A stretch of DNA of 63,773 nt, counting the filler, from Reticulomyxa filosa (Eukaryota > Protista > Foraminifera), in NCBI GenBank assembly GCA_000512085.1. It is 17 parts of 17 records of this genome, joined end to end, with 100 filler letters (N's around TTAATTAATTAA, not from the genome) between each part and the next. Parts side by side here need not be neighbours in the genome. Positions count along the whole stretch, not along the records: positions 38,149 to 40,491 come from ASPP01004590.1; positions 40,592 to 43,936 come from ASPP01003811.1; positions 44,037 to 48,202 come from ASPP01003835.1; positions 48,303 to 50,487 come from ASPP01040423.1; positions 50,588 to 61,468 come from ASPP01016750.1; 12 more parts are not named here. One strand, 5' to 3'. A program made the position numbers and the translations under genes. How positions within the stretch are numbered: position 1 is the stretch's first letter; each line of letters begins with the position of its first letter. Positions 38,302 through 51,383 of this stretch are shown here, piece after piece. The notes beneath the pieces are model-generated. The model was not told where the DNA came from. It searched no databases and worked only from the letters and a program-made list of their open reading frames with translations.

Positions 38302-39136
38302 TCTTTAAATCGCTCAAAAGATTGGTCGGTGCCATGAAAACCAGGAACAATTGGCACTTGCGCTTTTTCCATGATGCGCTTGGAGGCGGACTTGTCGCCC
38401 ATGTCTCGCATGGCCCGCGGTGGCGGCCCGATAAACTCAATGCCGTGTTCCACACATAAGCTGGCAAACTTGGGGTTTTCCGACAAAAAGCCGTATCCTG
38501 GATGGATCGCCTGCGCGTTGCTTTGCTTCGCTATGTCTATTATCCGCTCCATTTCTAACAACATTCATTACAACAGTTATCGTCGCAATGCCATCACATT
38601 CCTTCACTTTGTAATTTATACATATATACACATATACATATACATATATATACATATATATGTATATGTGCATACATATGAGTACGAGTTGTTTTGTTTT
38701 AACTCAGATAGCTGTCCGACACCAATGGTCCTCCTACTCTGTATGCTTCGTCAGCCTATTTTATCGTTTGTCGATTGTTCATCTACTAAAAAAAAAAAAA
38801 AAATTGGTTGCAAAAAAAATCTCTTTCTTGAAATAGATTTACCATTTGGACGTGCTGAGCGTTGACGTCGGCGTCACTATAAATAGCTACTGTCTTCACT
38901 CCCAACTCTCTTGCTGTGCGGATAATGCGACATGTTATCTCTCCTCGGTTGGCGATCAATATTTTTTCAAACGGCTTCGGCAAATCTCTTTGGATGTGTA
39001 AACCACAAGGGGTAATGTAAAACGAAGGCGCACCCGACGAAAAGGCACACTGCTTGCTCAAAAATTGTGAATAGCGGTTGTTTGATTTAATACATGCATT
39101 TTTTATGTTTTTTTGTGATAAAAGAAATCGGAACAT
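38302..39136 (-). CDS. MCCC1: Methylcrotonyl-CoA carboxylase alpha subunit (biotin carboxylase domain), first three exons
   Basis: [34 protein letters not shown] and [11 protein letters not shown]...VPGFHG.DQ. The last motif is MCC-alpha-like; a presequence-like N-terminus is present. Confidence 0.8.
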
Positions 39137-41899
39137 CCCTTGATATGACGGGAAAAAGAAAATTTTTTATATCAACAACAAAATTAATTTCCCCCTTACA
39201 CGGTTACTGATGAACACTTCAACAATGATAAGTGTTTTTTTTATGGACAACCAAGGGTCAGAAAAGAACACGTAATGTCATGTGTGGTGATCTTTGATCA
39301 CAACAAAACTTAGCTATCGTAATAATATTTTTTAATTGAATTTTTAAATGTGCTTTTGAATGTTAGCGAAATTTAATTGATTTTTTCAATGTATTTTTAC
39401 TTTTGTCGTTTTATAAGGACTTGGCAATGATAATTTAATAGCTTAAATTATTTGCATCTACAAAAAAGAAAAATTCAATCCAAGAATATGTTTTTGTCTT
39501 GATGATCAAAAATGATTTTTTTGAAAAAATCAAAAAGGACAATATTTTTAACTGTACCAACATTGAATATTTATTCAAATTACAATATTTACAACACAAA
39601 TACAATTCTTTTCAATTTGGAATGAAAAAAAAAAGAGTGTTGTTTGATTAACTAATTTGTTTTTCGATACACTAAAACGAATTGTGGCAGAATTAGACCC
39701 CCTTTAGGAAAATAGTTTCAATACAATTTGCAGTTTGCAATTAGAATTAGAAAAAAGAAAACTTTGGGACAAATCAATATCAAAAAATGAACACTCCACT
39801 CTAAAAGCAAGCAACAAACAAAAAGAAAGATATTTTTTTTTTAGAAAAGGTAAAGTGTCAAAAAAAAATATTGAATGACATATACCAAATCATAAATTCT
39901 TTGTGTCTGCTGCTTTTGTTTTTTTTTTTATTAAAATGAAGTATAATCATTATTGAAATCGAAATTGCGGCCAAAGAGTAGAAAAACAAATTCTAATGCT
40001 CGTTTTTTGTACTGCAAAACGTCGTTTGGATTTTTAAAATTTCTTATCGCAACGCTTTTTCTATAATTAAAAAAAACAATAATTATTATAACATAAAATT
40101 TTTTAATTTAAAAACAAATACAGATTTGTTCATAAAAGCAATCAGAGAGAAATAAGTATGTAGAGTGTAATCATTATTTTCAGAAGCAGTTCTGGAAAGT
40201 ACACAGTGTCATCATATTACACACTAAATTTGTTTCAGTCAATTAACTGTTGTGAGCAGCATTTAATTTTTGACTTGCGAACACGCGGAGCAAGCAAAAT
40301 ATTACTAACAAAAAAAATTTTTGGACTTTGAATAAAATATAAGTCCAAACACAAAGTAAATAATACAAAACAACTATAAAAAAGATCAAGTAAAGAATAT
40401 AAAACAACTAGAAAAAAGAGAAAGTAAAGAACAAAAAAAAAAGGAACATATAAACTTTCACCCAAGGAGACCAAAAAAGTTTTTTTTGGTANNNNNNNNN
40501 NNNNNNNNNNNNNNNNNNNNNNNNNNNNNNNNNNNTTAATTAATTAANNNNNNNNNNNNNNNNNNNNNNNNNNNNNNNNNNNNNNNNNNNNTGTTTTTGC
40601 TGTCGTCCCCGTAGCTCCGCCTGCGCCCACATGCGTCTCAATTCCAATAATTTCTTTTCTCGTCTTTTTTGCGCTTTTGATCGTATTTGGTTCTGGGGCT
40701 GTTGTGCTGATTCTGGCTCTGGTGCTGATACTGGTGCTGGTGCTAGCTGTGAAGATAGTGGCACCTATGTGTTAGTGGTATGTTCACAATTGCAAATGTC
40801 TTCTGTCACATGTGCAAGGAGACGTTGGAGAAAAAACAAACAAGCAACAAATAAATAAAAACACACAGGTTGTGCAACAACAAATCCAGTCCACTTTGGC
40901 AAGTGCTGCGCCAATGATAATAACGGCTTTATCAAATGGTTTCTTGCACTGGAGACAGCATCCGCTATCTTCATTTTGGTGTTATTGTTTTTATTTACAA
41001 TCCATACAAATGATATATATAATTATGTTATATCGATGGTATAGAATTGGATTAAAAAAAGAATACTAATTAAACTCTTGATCGCTTCACTGGAAGCTCC
41101 ATTCTATTTTCTGATAGCTGCTCATACTTTCTCATGTCACTGAGACTCCGTTTATTGGGACGTCTGTCTGGTAAAGATGGAGCCTCTTGTGGTTGAGCCC
41201 GTTGCTGAAGTTGGTGTTGGTGCTGGACTATTTTTTGTATTCACAGTTATGTGAGAAGTCATATATATATATTTTAATAAATAACAGTAAACAGCTTGAT
41301 TGTCTGTGTTTTTTCATGAAGTGCATGGACAAATAGGAAAATCAAGAAAGAAGCACATTCGAACATGGATTTTAAAAAATAATGAAAAAATTATTGATTT
41401 GTGCCAATGTATGTGTATATGACTATCAATTCATTTGTTATTTTTAATTTTGTTCATATAAAAAAAAAGACAAAAAAAAGCTGCAGCTGTGATTTCTGCA
41501 AGAAGCAGCAGAAATTAAATTGGAAAAAGTAAAAAAATTGGCAAATTGGATTTACGTGGCCAAGACAAAGAAAAAAATAGTATGTATTGTATTTTTTTTT
41601 TGTGTTTTGTTTGTGTTATGACAACACTCGTTTTCTTTCTAACTCCCCGTGCCTAGGTTTTTTTTTTTTGCCACTTGTTTACTCAAGGTAACATACTTGC
41701 AGTACGGGACCTGTTGTCAGTTGAGATCTTATTAACTTTATTTTCCATTTCTTTATTCATTCTTCTTTTTTTTATTTCAAAATAACTTTATTAAAATAAA
41801 CTTTAGTGTTGCTGTTTCTCGTTTCAAAAAAAAAGACTGAAATAAAAGAGGCTGAAGTGTGGAACTGTGACAACTGGAATGGCTATACGACAATAAACA

Positions 41900-42030
41900 A
41901 CACTCGAACCAATCAAAGTGTATGATGATAGTATTGAATTCGACTTTATGCATGAGATCGATATTTTAACAAAATGGAATGATATTAACATCTGTCGATG
42001 TGTCAAAGGCATTATTGTCAAGACAAGAGT
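41900..42030 (+). pseudogene. Possible decayed protein-kinase fragment (subdomains III-IV)
   Basis: DFMHEIDILTKWNDINICRC resembles 'F..EI.IL..L.HPNIV..'; no other kinase motifs found. Confidence 0.25.
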
Positions 42031-42989
42031 ATTTTTCAAGTTTATTTTCTTTCCATATATTTGCATATCGCAGTTCAAACAAATAATGTTATTCCACTCA
42101 TTATAGCAACTGGTAGATGGAAAGTTCCAGTGACGACGTTGCTACTTCCAATAACAATACCAATTCTACTCTTGCTCCATACAAACCCACAAATGAAGAT
42201 ACACAAAAACTTCAGAGGCCCCAAAAAGAAAGAGGCCCAAGAGCTAAAAAAAAGTTGGTAATTAAAAATTATTACTGATATCAGCAAAGTTTCGTATTTG
42301 GAGTGAATTTATGTCATTTTTTCTTTTTGCAAGAAACTTTTCCAAAAAAAACACAAACAGGAACAGCAGATGAACAAAATGGATAACAGCGGTGGTGATG
42401 TTCGTAGCGTGGATGAGGCAACGACTTTGAATCATTGGACACTTGGAGCATTTGTGAATTGTATAAAAGAATTACTGAAGATCAAATTTGGGATATGTCT
42501 ACATAAGTCAAACGCGCAGATGAAAGAGACAAAGCAAGAATCTTTTAAATTATTTTTGTCAATTCGTGAAATATACTTCAATGTGGTATTTTGTATGCAA
42601 AGAGTTCTTGTCATCAGTAATCGCTGTAAAAAAATGGACTCTAACATTTTTTTAAATAATTGTCAGAGTGAGTAATTTTTGTGTGTTTTCTTTTTTTGCT
42701 ATCAGTTGGTCTTTTTTTTGTAATAGAAAAAGTCACACAATAATGATTTTTCAATTAAAGTTTATTTCAGTGAATTTTTTGTACTTTTATTTTTTCTTAT
42801 TCAACAAATGAGAAAAAGTGTCTTGATTGTTGATTTTTTTAAATTAACAAGAAAACATTATTTGACCAATTCCGTTTGACTAAGCCTACAAAAGAAAATT
42901 TCAATCGTAATATTTGAAGATAAAAAAATCAAAATGAAGATTCACCAACAAATGAATTGTTGTTGTGCTTTTGATTATTTTTTTTCTTC

Positions 42990-43870
42990 TCTAGTTCGTA
43001 CAACAATTTGAAAATCGGTAACAAATGCAGTTAGTCATTTTAAAAAAATCCAGTGAATTGCAATGATGAAAAGAAAAACAAAAACATTCTTTAAGTTTGA
43101 GAATTCTTCGAGGAGAATTCGTTGAACAACTTCATTTTCTTGCACCTCGGTGTAAAGATGTTGTTGATAAATTTGAATATTTTTGCTGCGATCTGCCATT
43201 CTCTGCGACTTGCTGAAGTTGACCATTTTGCGACCTCTCAAGTTTTCCACTTCTTTGGTGTTTTCATTTCCATCACTAAAAATGCGGAAATCCATCAAGG
43301 TGACTTGATCGGCTAGTTCATCAGGCGACAAGATATTAAAATTAAATTTCTTTGGGATTTCCACAGCCCAATAATCCTCTTGGACACAAGGCTTGCTTCC
43401 GTGCTTTTTGTAACGTTTATATCCGTTTTGCACAGTATCAGCAAGCAAATATTCCAAGAATATTGCTTCGAATCCATTTGTATTTGCTTGTCCAGACTTC
43501 CAACACTTGAGCCACTTTTTCATCATTGGCAAAGTCTTCTTCCCAATACAACTTCATCCAAGTGCGCAAATTTTTCACTATATTCAATTGGATTGGTTTC
43601 ATCGTTTTCTCTTTAAAGTCTTCCAATTTTTTTCCATCGTCTCTGATTTCATTAGTGACGACTATGTAAAAGAGGCTTTTTAATTCTTTGATTAATTTTC
43701 TAAATCATTTTCCGTTTCCAAAAAAAAAATATGTATACATAACAACAACAAAAATGTACACATCGTAAATATAAAAAATATTAAAAAACTCAGTAGTTGA
43801 GAATTCTTTGCAGCACATAATTAAAGTTTCAATGGTTTCATTATTTCTTTGTTGTTTGTTTGTACAAAGT
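42990..43870 (-). pseudogene. RasGEF (REM + CDC25) pseudogene with internal deletion of the catalytic core
   Basis: REM-like PIQLNIVKNLRTWMKLYWEEDF. The CDC25 start LSPDELADQVTLMDFRIFS is joined directly to the CDC25 end DGN...MVNFSK...IQIYQQ..Y. Frameshift near 43440 and a stop upstream. Confidence 0.8.
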
Positions 43871-44439
43871 AAGACGATTTGTTGAAGAGTGATGTCATCA
43901 GCATTGTTTGCATTGATGCTATTGCTGATGGGCCTTNNNNNNNNNNNNNNNNNNNNNNNNNNNNNNNNNNNNNNNNNNNNTTAATTAATTAANNNNNNNN
44001 NNNNNNNNNNNNNNNNNNNNNNNNNNNNNNNNNNNNGCGCTTTCTTTTAGATTTAAAATATTAAAGTTCAGAAATTTTTTTACGATGATATAATTTGGTC
44101 AAGATATTAGATTAGCTGGAGGACATTAAAAGAAAAATCAAAAGAACTACAATCCATACAAAAAGACAAACATTTTTCCAATCAAAAATTTAAGACAAGT
44201 ATCAAATACTTGCGATTAAAAATGCCACAAATTTGGCGTTACTTGCACTTCGCTTCACTCTTCTTACTGGCACCGCAACCACCACAGCCACTTTCCAATT
44301 TCTCGATAAAAAGGTATTGTATTATTTGGAGACCTATGTTATATACGTGAGTATTGATCATACATATTTCGATCAAATTATAAAAAAATATTATAACTTG
44401 GAATATAGGTTGTGCACATAATCACTGTTCGATTTTAAT

Positions 44440-47400
44440 CCATCATAGCCACATTACACGATATGGACCTCCGATTTTTTCCAAACTATACGTCATCAAA
44501 ACGCAGTACCGTGATCCACATTTGATGCACACCATCATTAATAGATATTTGTTCAATAATGAACAAATATATTTATTGGAGAAACGACATGTGCGTACGT
44601 TGTAATACGGCTTCCATGACTCGACGACAAATTGGGTTTCCATCAGCAACAATTCGACAATGATGTTGCTATTTTTTTATTTTCATGTCTGCAACAACAA
44701 TCGATGCTGCTGTTGTCGCAGTTGCTATCCATTGTCATTATTGCTGGGAACTCACTGCAGCCCAATGGCAATGTAAACAGCAATAACTTGTCCATTTTCA
44801 TTCCAAACTTCATGTAGTATACGTCCATTTCCATTTGTACACCTTTAAATATCTATTCAAAAATTTCAAGCAACACATACCACATACATACAAATAAATA
44901 ATCAATATACGTATAAGCTGTGATGTTGAATATGTACACAAAAAAAAACTTTTTCAAGCAATGGACCCAAGCACGACTATAGCGTCAGGTAATAAGAAAA
45001 AAGACAGGCGCACAAATGACCAACCGAATAACAGCAATTCCTTGGTTCTTGTTCGAATGCGTAATTTAATTTCAATGACAATGTTTCCTCCAAGTCCGTT
45101 CAATCGTGCAAAATAACGGAATACTTGACGGAAGCTGTTATCATTGAAAATCTCGTCCCCTGGAGCTACCATTTTGAGTGACGATCTTGTCAATAGCAGC
45201 CCTTCCACTTTTCGAACCCGAGTGATATGATTTTTGGTAACCGGACAAGTCATAACAATAGCGACGACGTCTTTGAGAGGGGAGGAGGGGCTCGACTGCT
45301 GACATAAAATATTGTTCACGTATCCACCCAGCAGGGCCACCACCAACATATTGCCAATATCCAAGCTTTTGACTTGACTCGCCAAATAATGGAGCGACTT
45401 TTGCATTGTCGACCCAATTATCGACTGACACGACATTGCTGTTTTTTGTAGCTTTTCCGCGCACCAAGTCAAAGTCTCTGGAATACAGCATCAGCACCCA
45501 AATATTGGCGCACACAACGCTAGTCCAATGTCTTGAAATAATTGACAAATGAGTAAAAGAGAACATGGACTGCGTTTCGTCATCGTCATCATCGCCATTA
45601 TCATTGGCACTGCGCTTGACATTGTCACACCTGTCCAGTAGCTTCCATTGGGGGGGGGGGGGGGAGGTGCACTTTGTGAAGGTAGTCTATGTCTAAAGAT
45701 GCGCAAAGTCGCCACTCGCAGGTGTGAAGAGCCAAAGTAAAATCGACAGGCTGTCGTTTTTTTTAAAAAAACAAATCCAATGCGAAATAATCTTTCTTTC
45801 ATCACCTTCCTTCTGGGAGAATTTTGTTCAACTGTTCCAGTAGGGTCATATTGATGGATGTTTTCTAAATACGAAGTTCATCCTCTCTCGTCGCCCTTGT
45901 GATGATGAACGTACTTTTGGCCTCAGGTAATGGTCGTTATTGGAAATTTCTGCATCATTTACAATTCAAAACTCACGTCGACACGACTCCAGCGCAAAAA
46001 AGTACAAATTGGCAACATGCACGTTATTTTTCTCCAAGTGATGGGATTGATGCAGCGAATACAAAGTATTACATTGCATCCACCAAATCGTCCGTTTGTC
46101 CATAGTCGACCACGGAGACAATTCAGTGAAGATAATCAACGCGTGTCCGATAAACGCAAGACAGTGATGAAGTCAAAAAGTAAAACAGTCCTTTCTGTTC
46201 CTCGCTCTCTCTCTTTCTTCGCCAATCATCAATGCTTAATGTCGCTTACGAGCTCGCGATTCATCCCATCATCACACGCACAGCTCAAAATTCAAAGTTG
46301 CGCATGTGCGCACGCACACTATCAGTTTCGACTGTTGTTCCGCGCCAATTTCCACAATAATCGAGTTTTCTTTGTTCGTCGGCTCCGTCTTTCTGATGAT
46401 TCATATTGCCACTTTACATTGTAACGCTTGTTCAGCAGCCTCCATTGAGCTCAATCATTCCTTTGTAATGTCGGATAAAAATTCGTTCCAGACCTCTTGG
46501 AATTGCTCAAACGCAACTGGACGGTGAGGATGAACAGTTCTCTGTTGAATTATTGCTTTGACACGGACCACATTTCCTCAATGTCGACATGTTCCAATAT
46601 TCCATCCTCATCTTGACTAACGAAATCCAAACGTGTCCTTGAGCTGTGAATCAAATTTGAAATTTGTTTTTTCATTGGTATTCTTTTCGTCTTCGTGTAA
46701 TGATTAGCATCTTGATCTTTTTGAGACAGTTTGGATTTTTGAGGAAATCGACATTGACTATGCAATATCCGTTGCCTTTTCACCTGACGATACCGAGTTC
46801 GAAGATCGGGGATATCATCTTTGCGATTATCATCGGCGAGTATAGTTTCAACATGCAATCCAAACACAAAATCGACTTGCTCACATTCCGAGCATTGGAA
46901 AAACCTATCTTGTTTGATGAATTTGCTCCCATGATGATAGAAGCGATCACATACCATGCCAACACCTTTGTAAACTCCAGGAGGACTTGGCTACTCGGGT
47001 CATCATTGCAGCGACGCTTTACTGCTTTCACAAATAATCATCACTTTGGGGACACGTAGAATAACGTATTCATTTGTACGTGCCATCGTGCTTGCCCCTT
47101 CCTCCACACCTATCTGCTGGTCTGCTGTGAAATACGTGATAATGATGAAACTGACTGTGACCATCATGCAATTGGTCAATTCCACGATCTCACCCAATTC
47201 AAAAGGCTTATCGTCACCTTCTTCGATTCTATCCATTTTGAGACTCGTTCGGGCGTGTTGTTGTCTTGGTCGGACTCGTGCAATGCTGAAGTGTGAGCGA
47301 GTTATGCTATGTCAATGCTTTGCACTGAGACGCATTGTTCGTCCTACCTTGGCGTTTATTAACTCTCCAGTTCACACGTCGATCTCGACCATAGATTTCT

Positions 47401-47790
47401 TCAATTTATTTTATGTGTCCATGACGTTCAATGCTCAATTTCACTCTGCATCCTACACTGTATTTTAGAATATCGTTTTCGCCGGTTGCCATTTGATCAC
47501 ACGTTTCCGCACAAATATACCGCCGTTCAGGCCTTTTCAAAAAAAAAAAAAAAAGACAGCATAAATATTGAATTTTTGTTTTGTTCATTTGTCCTCCTAT
47601 CTCTTCTATCTCAATGGCAGTTGACAAACAATAACAAACCTGCACGTGAAATATGTACTACCCATCTGTACATTTAGGTATTTTTTTCTAACTCAATGCT
47701 GTATACTTCCTCAATTTCGTATCTTTTTTAATGTGTTGTATTTTGTCTATTTTTCCAAATTTCAAAGTTCAGTATTGTATCTCGTTTGAA
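44440..47790 (-). pseudogene. Decayed gene: three tandem CAP-Gly domains fused to a divergent actin-like domain
   Basis: CAP-Gly remnants near 47640-47780, 47290-47462 and 47025-47200 (GEIVELTN, IGVE, GKHDGTYK*IRYSTCP, *LFVK). These are followed by collinear actin-like motifs ending in HQMWITVLRFDD (44492-44527). Many stops and frameshifts. Confidence 0.55.
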
Positions 47791-48719
47791 AAAAAAATAG
47801 TCAGATTAACTCATTTTTTTTTCTGTGTCGACTATGCACTTGTTGTGTTTGCTTTCTCCCTTTCGTCGTTGCTGTCGTCTGTTACTCTGGTTTCCACTTC
47901 CAGAATCGATTGAATCGTGACAATTGGTGAAAGTACATATTCTCTGGGACACTATATTTTACATTCGAACCAAGTCACTATCATTTGATACACGTTTTTA
48001 TTGTGCAACATTTGTTTAAAGTCAAAAGACAAAAAAAAAACCTGAAATAGCGGTATCGGTTGTACAAATCATCATGAGCACAAGGAGTCCATTCGTCTAC
48101 AAAGAAAATACAACATAGCATTACATATTAACAAAAATTGTTTCTAAAAAGACAAACTTAATTCAATGCAAATGATCCATTGATCAGTGAGGTGGTCCGA
48201 GCNNNNNNNNNNNNNNNNNNNNNNNNNNNNNNNNNNNNNNNNNNNNTTAATTAATTAANNNNNNNNNNNNNNNNNNNNNNNNNNNNNNNNNNNNNNNNNN
48301 NNAGGTGGAAATGAATCGAATGCGTCAAAAAAATGCTCATTATCATCCGTTGAAATCCCCAGTCATTCAGAATTGATGAAAATCCTTTCAAAGCAATTGA
48401 AAGTGAAATATGATGATGTATACAATGGAATAGCAGTAGAACAAGCTCTTGTTGCAAAAGCAAACATTCATACAATTCAAAATGGAGCATTTTATTGTCG
48501 TGATCAATCAACCAATCAAAATTATTTTCAATTGTATCTTAATTCGACTGAACGAAATCAATTTGATCAATTTTACAAATCAAATAATTCTTCACATAAG
48601 ACACGAATATATAATCATCTTCATTTTTTAATTCATTCAAACATTCCAGAATATTATCCAATTGCTTTTTGTTTAATTTTTTTTTTGATAGATATCCAAT
48701 AGATTGGAATAAAATGTAC

Positions 48720-50330
48720 AGTTTGTTTCATCGTTATCTTTGAATCTATTGATCAAACATGAAAAAAAAAGAGTATTGATTGCAATTTCTCTAATTAAAT
48801 AGCTAGACTTATCACAATAACAGCCATTTATATTTTGAAACCTATCAATCAAACATCAAAAAATAATATTCAATTCCTTTCATTCCATTTCTTTGAAAAT
48901 GTTACAAGTGATTTTACAAACGACGCCCCAAACGGAATAATCACTTCTTTTAATTCATTTAAAAGCATTATTGAAATGTTTTTCACTTCGATTGCTCCAA
49001 GTAATTCTGCACATTCCCCACACACGCACATACACACATTTATATTATCATTTCTATCATTGGATATATCCATGAAAGACCCCAAAGCTTTATTAATTGA
49101 ATGCACTTAATACGAAAATTTTTATGTTCCTAGCATTAAATCTATTCATCAAACGATTAAAAAGCATCATTGAATTGTTTTCCAGATAATTTCACCGTAA
49201 TTGCGTCAAATGCTTCATGTATCCAACTAATCGTTATTTTCGTTATTGAATATATATGTATACATACATATATACATATATATCCATTAAAAGAATTGAA
49301 CACATTATCTAACTTTTCTCATCTAATTTTACTCCAAAAATTCAAAGTGATTTTGCACATTGTTTATGGACATTTCTTTCTTCGTGTCTTTTGGTATTTT
49401 CCATCAAAGGATTGAAAGCATCATTGAATTGTTTTCATTCCATTTCATTGATAAGAAGTGTGCACATTTTACAAGATTATTTTTATCTTCCTTTTCATCG
49501 GATAATCGATTAATCAGGCATTTAAAGGGTCATTTAATTGTTTTTTTTTTAGTTTCATTATCAATTGAGTTATATTATATTCCCAATAATAAAATCTATG
49601 GATAAAACATTGGAATGCATTATCCAGCTTTTTTCCTCCAAATTGTGATTAAGTCCATTGTGCATATTTATCACAAATTGTAATCTTTTCATTATCAAAG
49701 GCGTTGATCAAACATTCAAACACTTTATTTAAGCGTCCCTTATTAAGTTCAATGCTATTCTTGAAAATGATATTGAATTTTTTTTTATCTTTGCCAACAA
49801 GTCCATCAATGAAAAATTCAATAGCATCATCTAATTGTTTTTCATTCAATTTCACAAAGTAAATCTACATATATCTCAGAATATCTCTTAGGAAATTGTT
49901 CACGCCATTGTACAACAATATCTAAAGTTTCCGTTTAATAAATACAATTGCCTTATCATCAATCATCTTACAATACACGAATAGATATCTAGATGATGGA
50001 GCATATCGGAAATTGGGTAAATGCAATGCCATCACTTCATTCAATGGTCTGTCAATGATCTGTCTAATTACACTCATAAGCGTAATCTTTGTCTTCGTCA
50101 AAATCAATCCAAGCAAATGATCCATGACCTTAAATGAATCAATAAGTGATTTGTGACAAGTTTGGAGTTTCGATGAAACAAACTGGCTGTCAGAGTCTGC
50201 TTTGCAAGCATCCAAACAACACTATTTGATGAATTGGAACAATTTGTTGTCGGAATTGTTGTTGAGGCAAAATGGGCCATATTGAATGTAGCAAGTATCC
50301 ATTCATTGTTCAGAATTGTCGAATGATGAA
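48720..50330 (-). pseudogene. Decayed HEAT-repeat gene of the NACHT-HEAT type
   Basis: Repeated KLNEKQLDDAIEFFIDGL / LNKVFECLINAF.....IC..CAELLG units. DACKADSDSQFVSSKLQTCHKSLIDSFK matches a segment I recall from this expanded family. Stops and frameshifts throughout; no P-loop in the contig. Confidence 0.6.
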
Positions 50331-50587
50331 ACCATATTTGTCTTGCAGTTGATAATTCGCCTTATTTTTTTTTTTGTATCAGAATCTTTTTTTTCTATGG
50401 TTTCATTCACACAAGTTTCCTCAGAGTACTTCTCTTCCATTTTTTTTTTTTATCTTTCCCGAGCTGATATTTTTTTTAATGAATTCGNNNNNNNNNNNNN
50501 NNNNNNNNNNNNNNNNNNNNNNNNNNNNNNNTTAATTAATTAANNNNNNNNNNNNNNNNNNNNNNNNNNNNNNNNNNNNNNNNNNNN

Positions 50588-51383
50588 GAACAAATAGTAT
50601 ATCCATTACCACCAATCACACCAATATGATTGTTGTTATTGCTTTGTAATGATGAAATATCAATACAACGGACCCACATGTTATGTCCAATGAAATCACA
50701 TAATGATTTTGATGTTTCAACATCCCATAAACGAATAATATTGTCATCAGATCCAGAACACAAATATCTACCACCACTAAATGATGAAAGTTCAATACAA
50801 TAAACAGGTTTAGTATAACAATCTAATATTTGTGATGTATTATTGTTGAAATTCCAAAAACAAATTGTTTTATCTTCTGATGAAAAATAAATGACATTTT
50901 GATGATGATAATGATAATGATATTGTGAAAATTTCACACAATGAATGGTATCAAGATGTTTATATTCTTGAACTTGGCTGGTTGTCTCTATATCCCATAT
51001 ACGAACTGTATTATCAAATGATCCCGAACAAATGAATTTTTCATCAAATGTCGAATCGACATTAGTAATCTTGGAAGTATGTCCGGATAATATTTTAAAT
51101 TGTCTTGAAGACAACTTAAAATTGTCGACCATTAATATTATATTTGTCTATGTTAAAAAAAAAAAAATTTTTAAAAAAAGAAAAAAAAAAAAAAAAAGGA
51201 CATAACATAATTGACAACAATATTGTCAAATTCATGAATCCATCCAAATTTGATTTGCAATGTTCGAGTCCAATGTTGTAAAATTACTTGAATCTTTTTT
51301 TCTTCAGTCTGTTTGTAAACAAATTAAATCTAATCAATAAACAAACAAAAAAAAAGAAAAAATACCAATTCTATAGACTCCAT
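50588..51383 (-). CDS. WD40-repeat protein, 5' portion (3 exons)
   Basis: GHTSKI...ICSGSFDNTVRIWD, LCSGSDDNIIRLWDVET and GHNMWVRCI. Family leader exon IQVILQHWTRTLQIKFGWIHEFDNIVVNY. Confidence 0.92.

Noticed and set aside
44540-44660. RIVADGNPICRRVMEAVLQR as a response-regulator receiver domain
   Set aside because: No downstream receiver motifs. The adjacent HQMWIT..FDD and upstream motifs fit the actin C-terminus better.
44037-50487. Alternative genetic code explaining in-frame stops
   Set aside because: The stops come with frameshifts, and intact genes in the window end at TAA, TAG and TGA, so pseudogenisation is sufficient.
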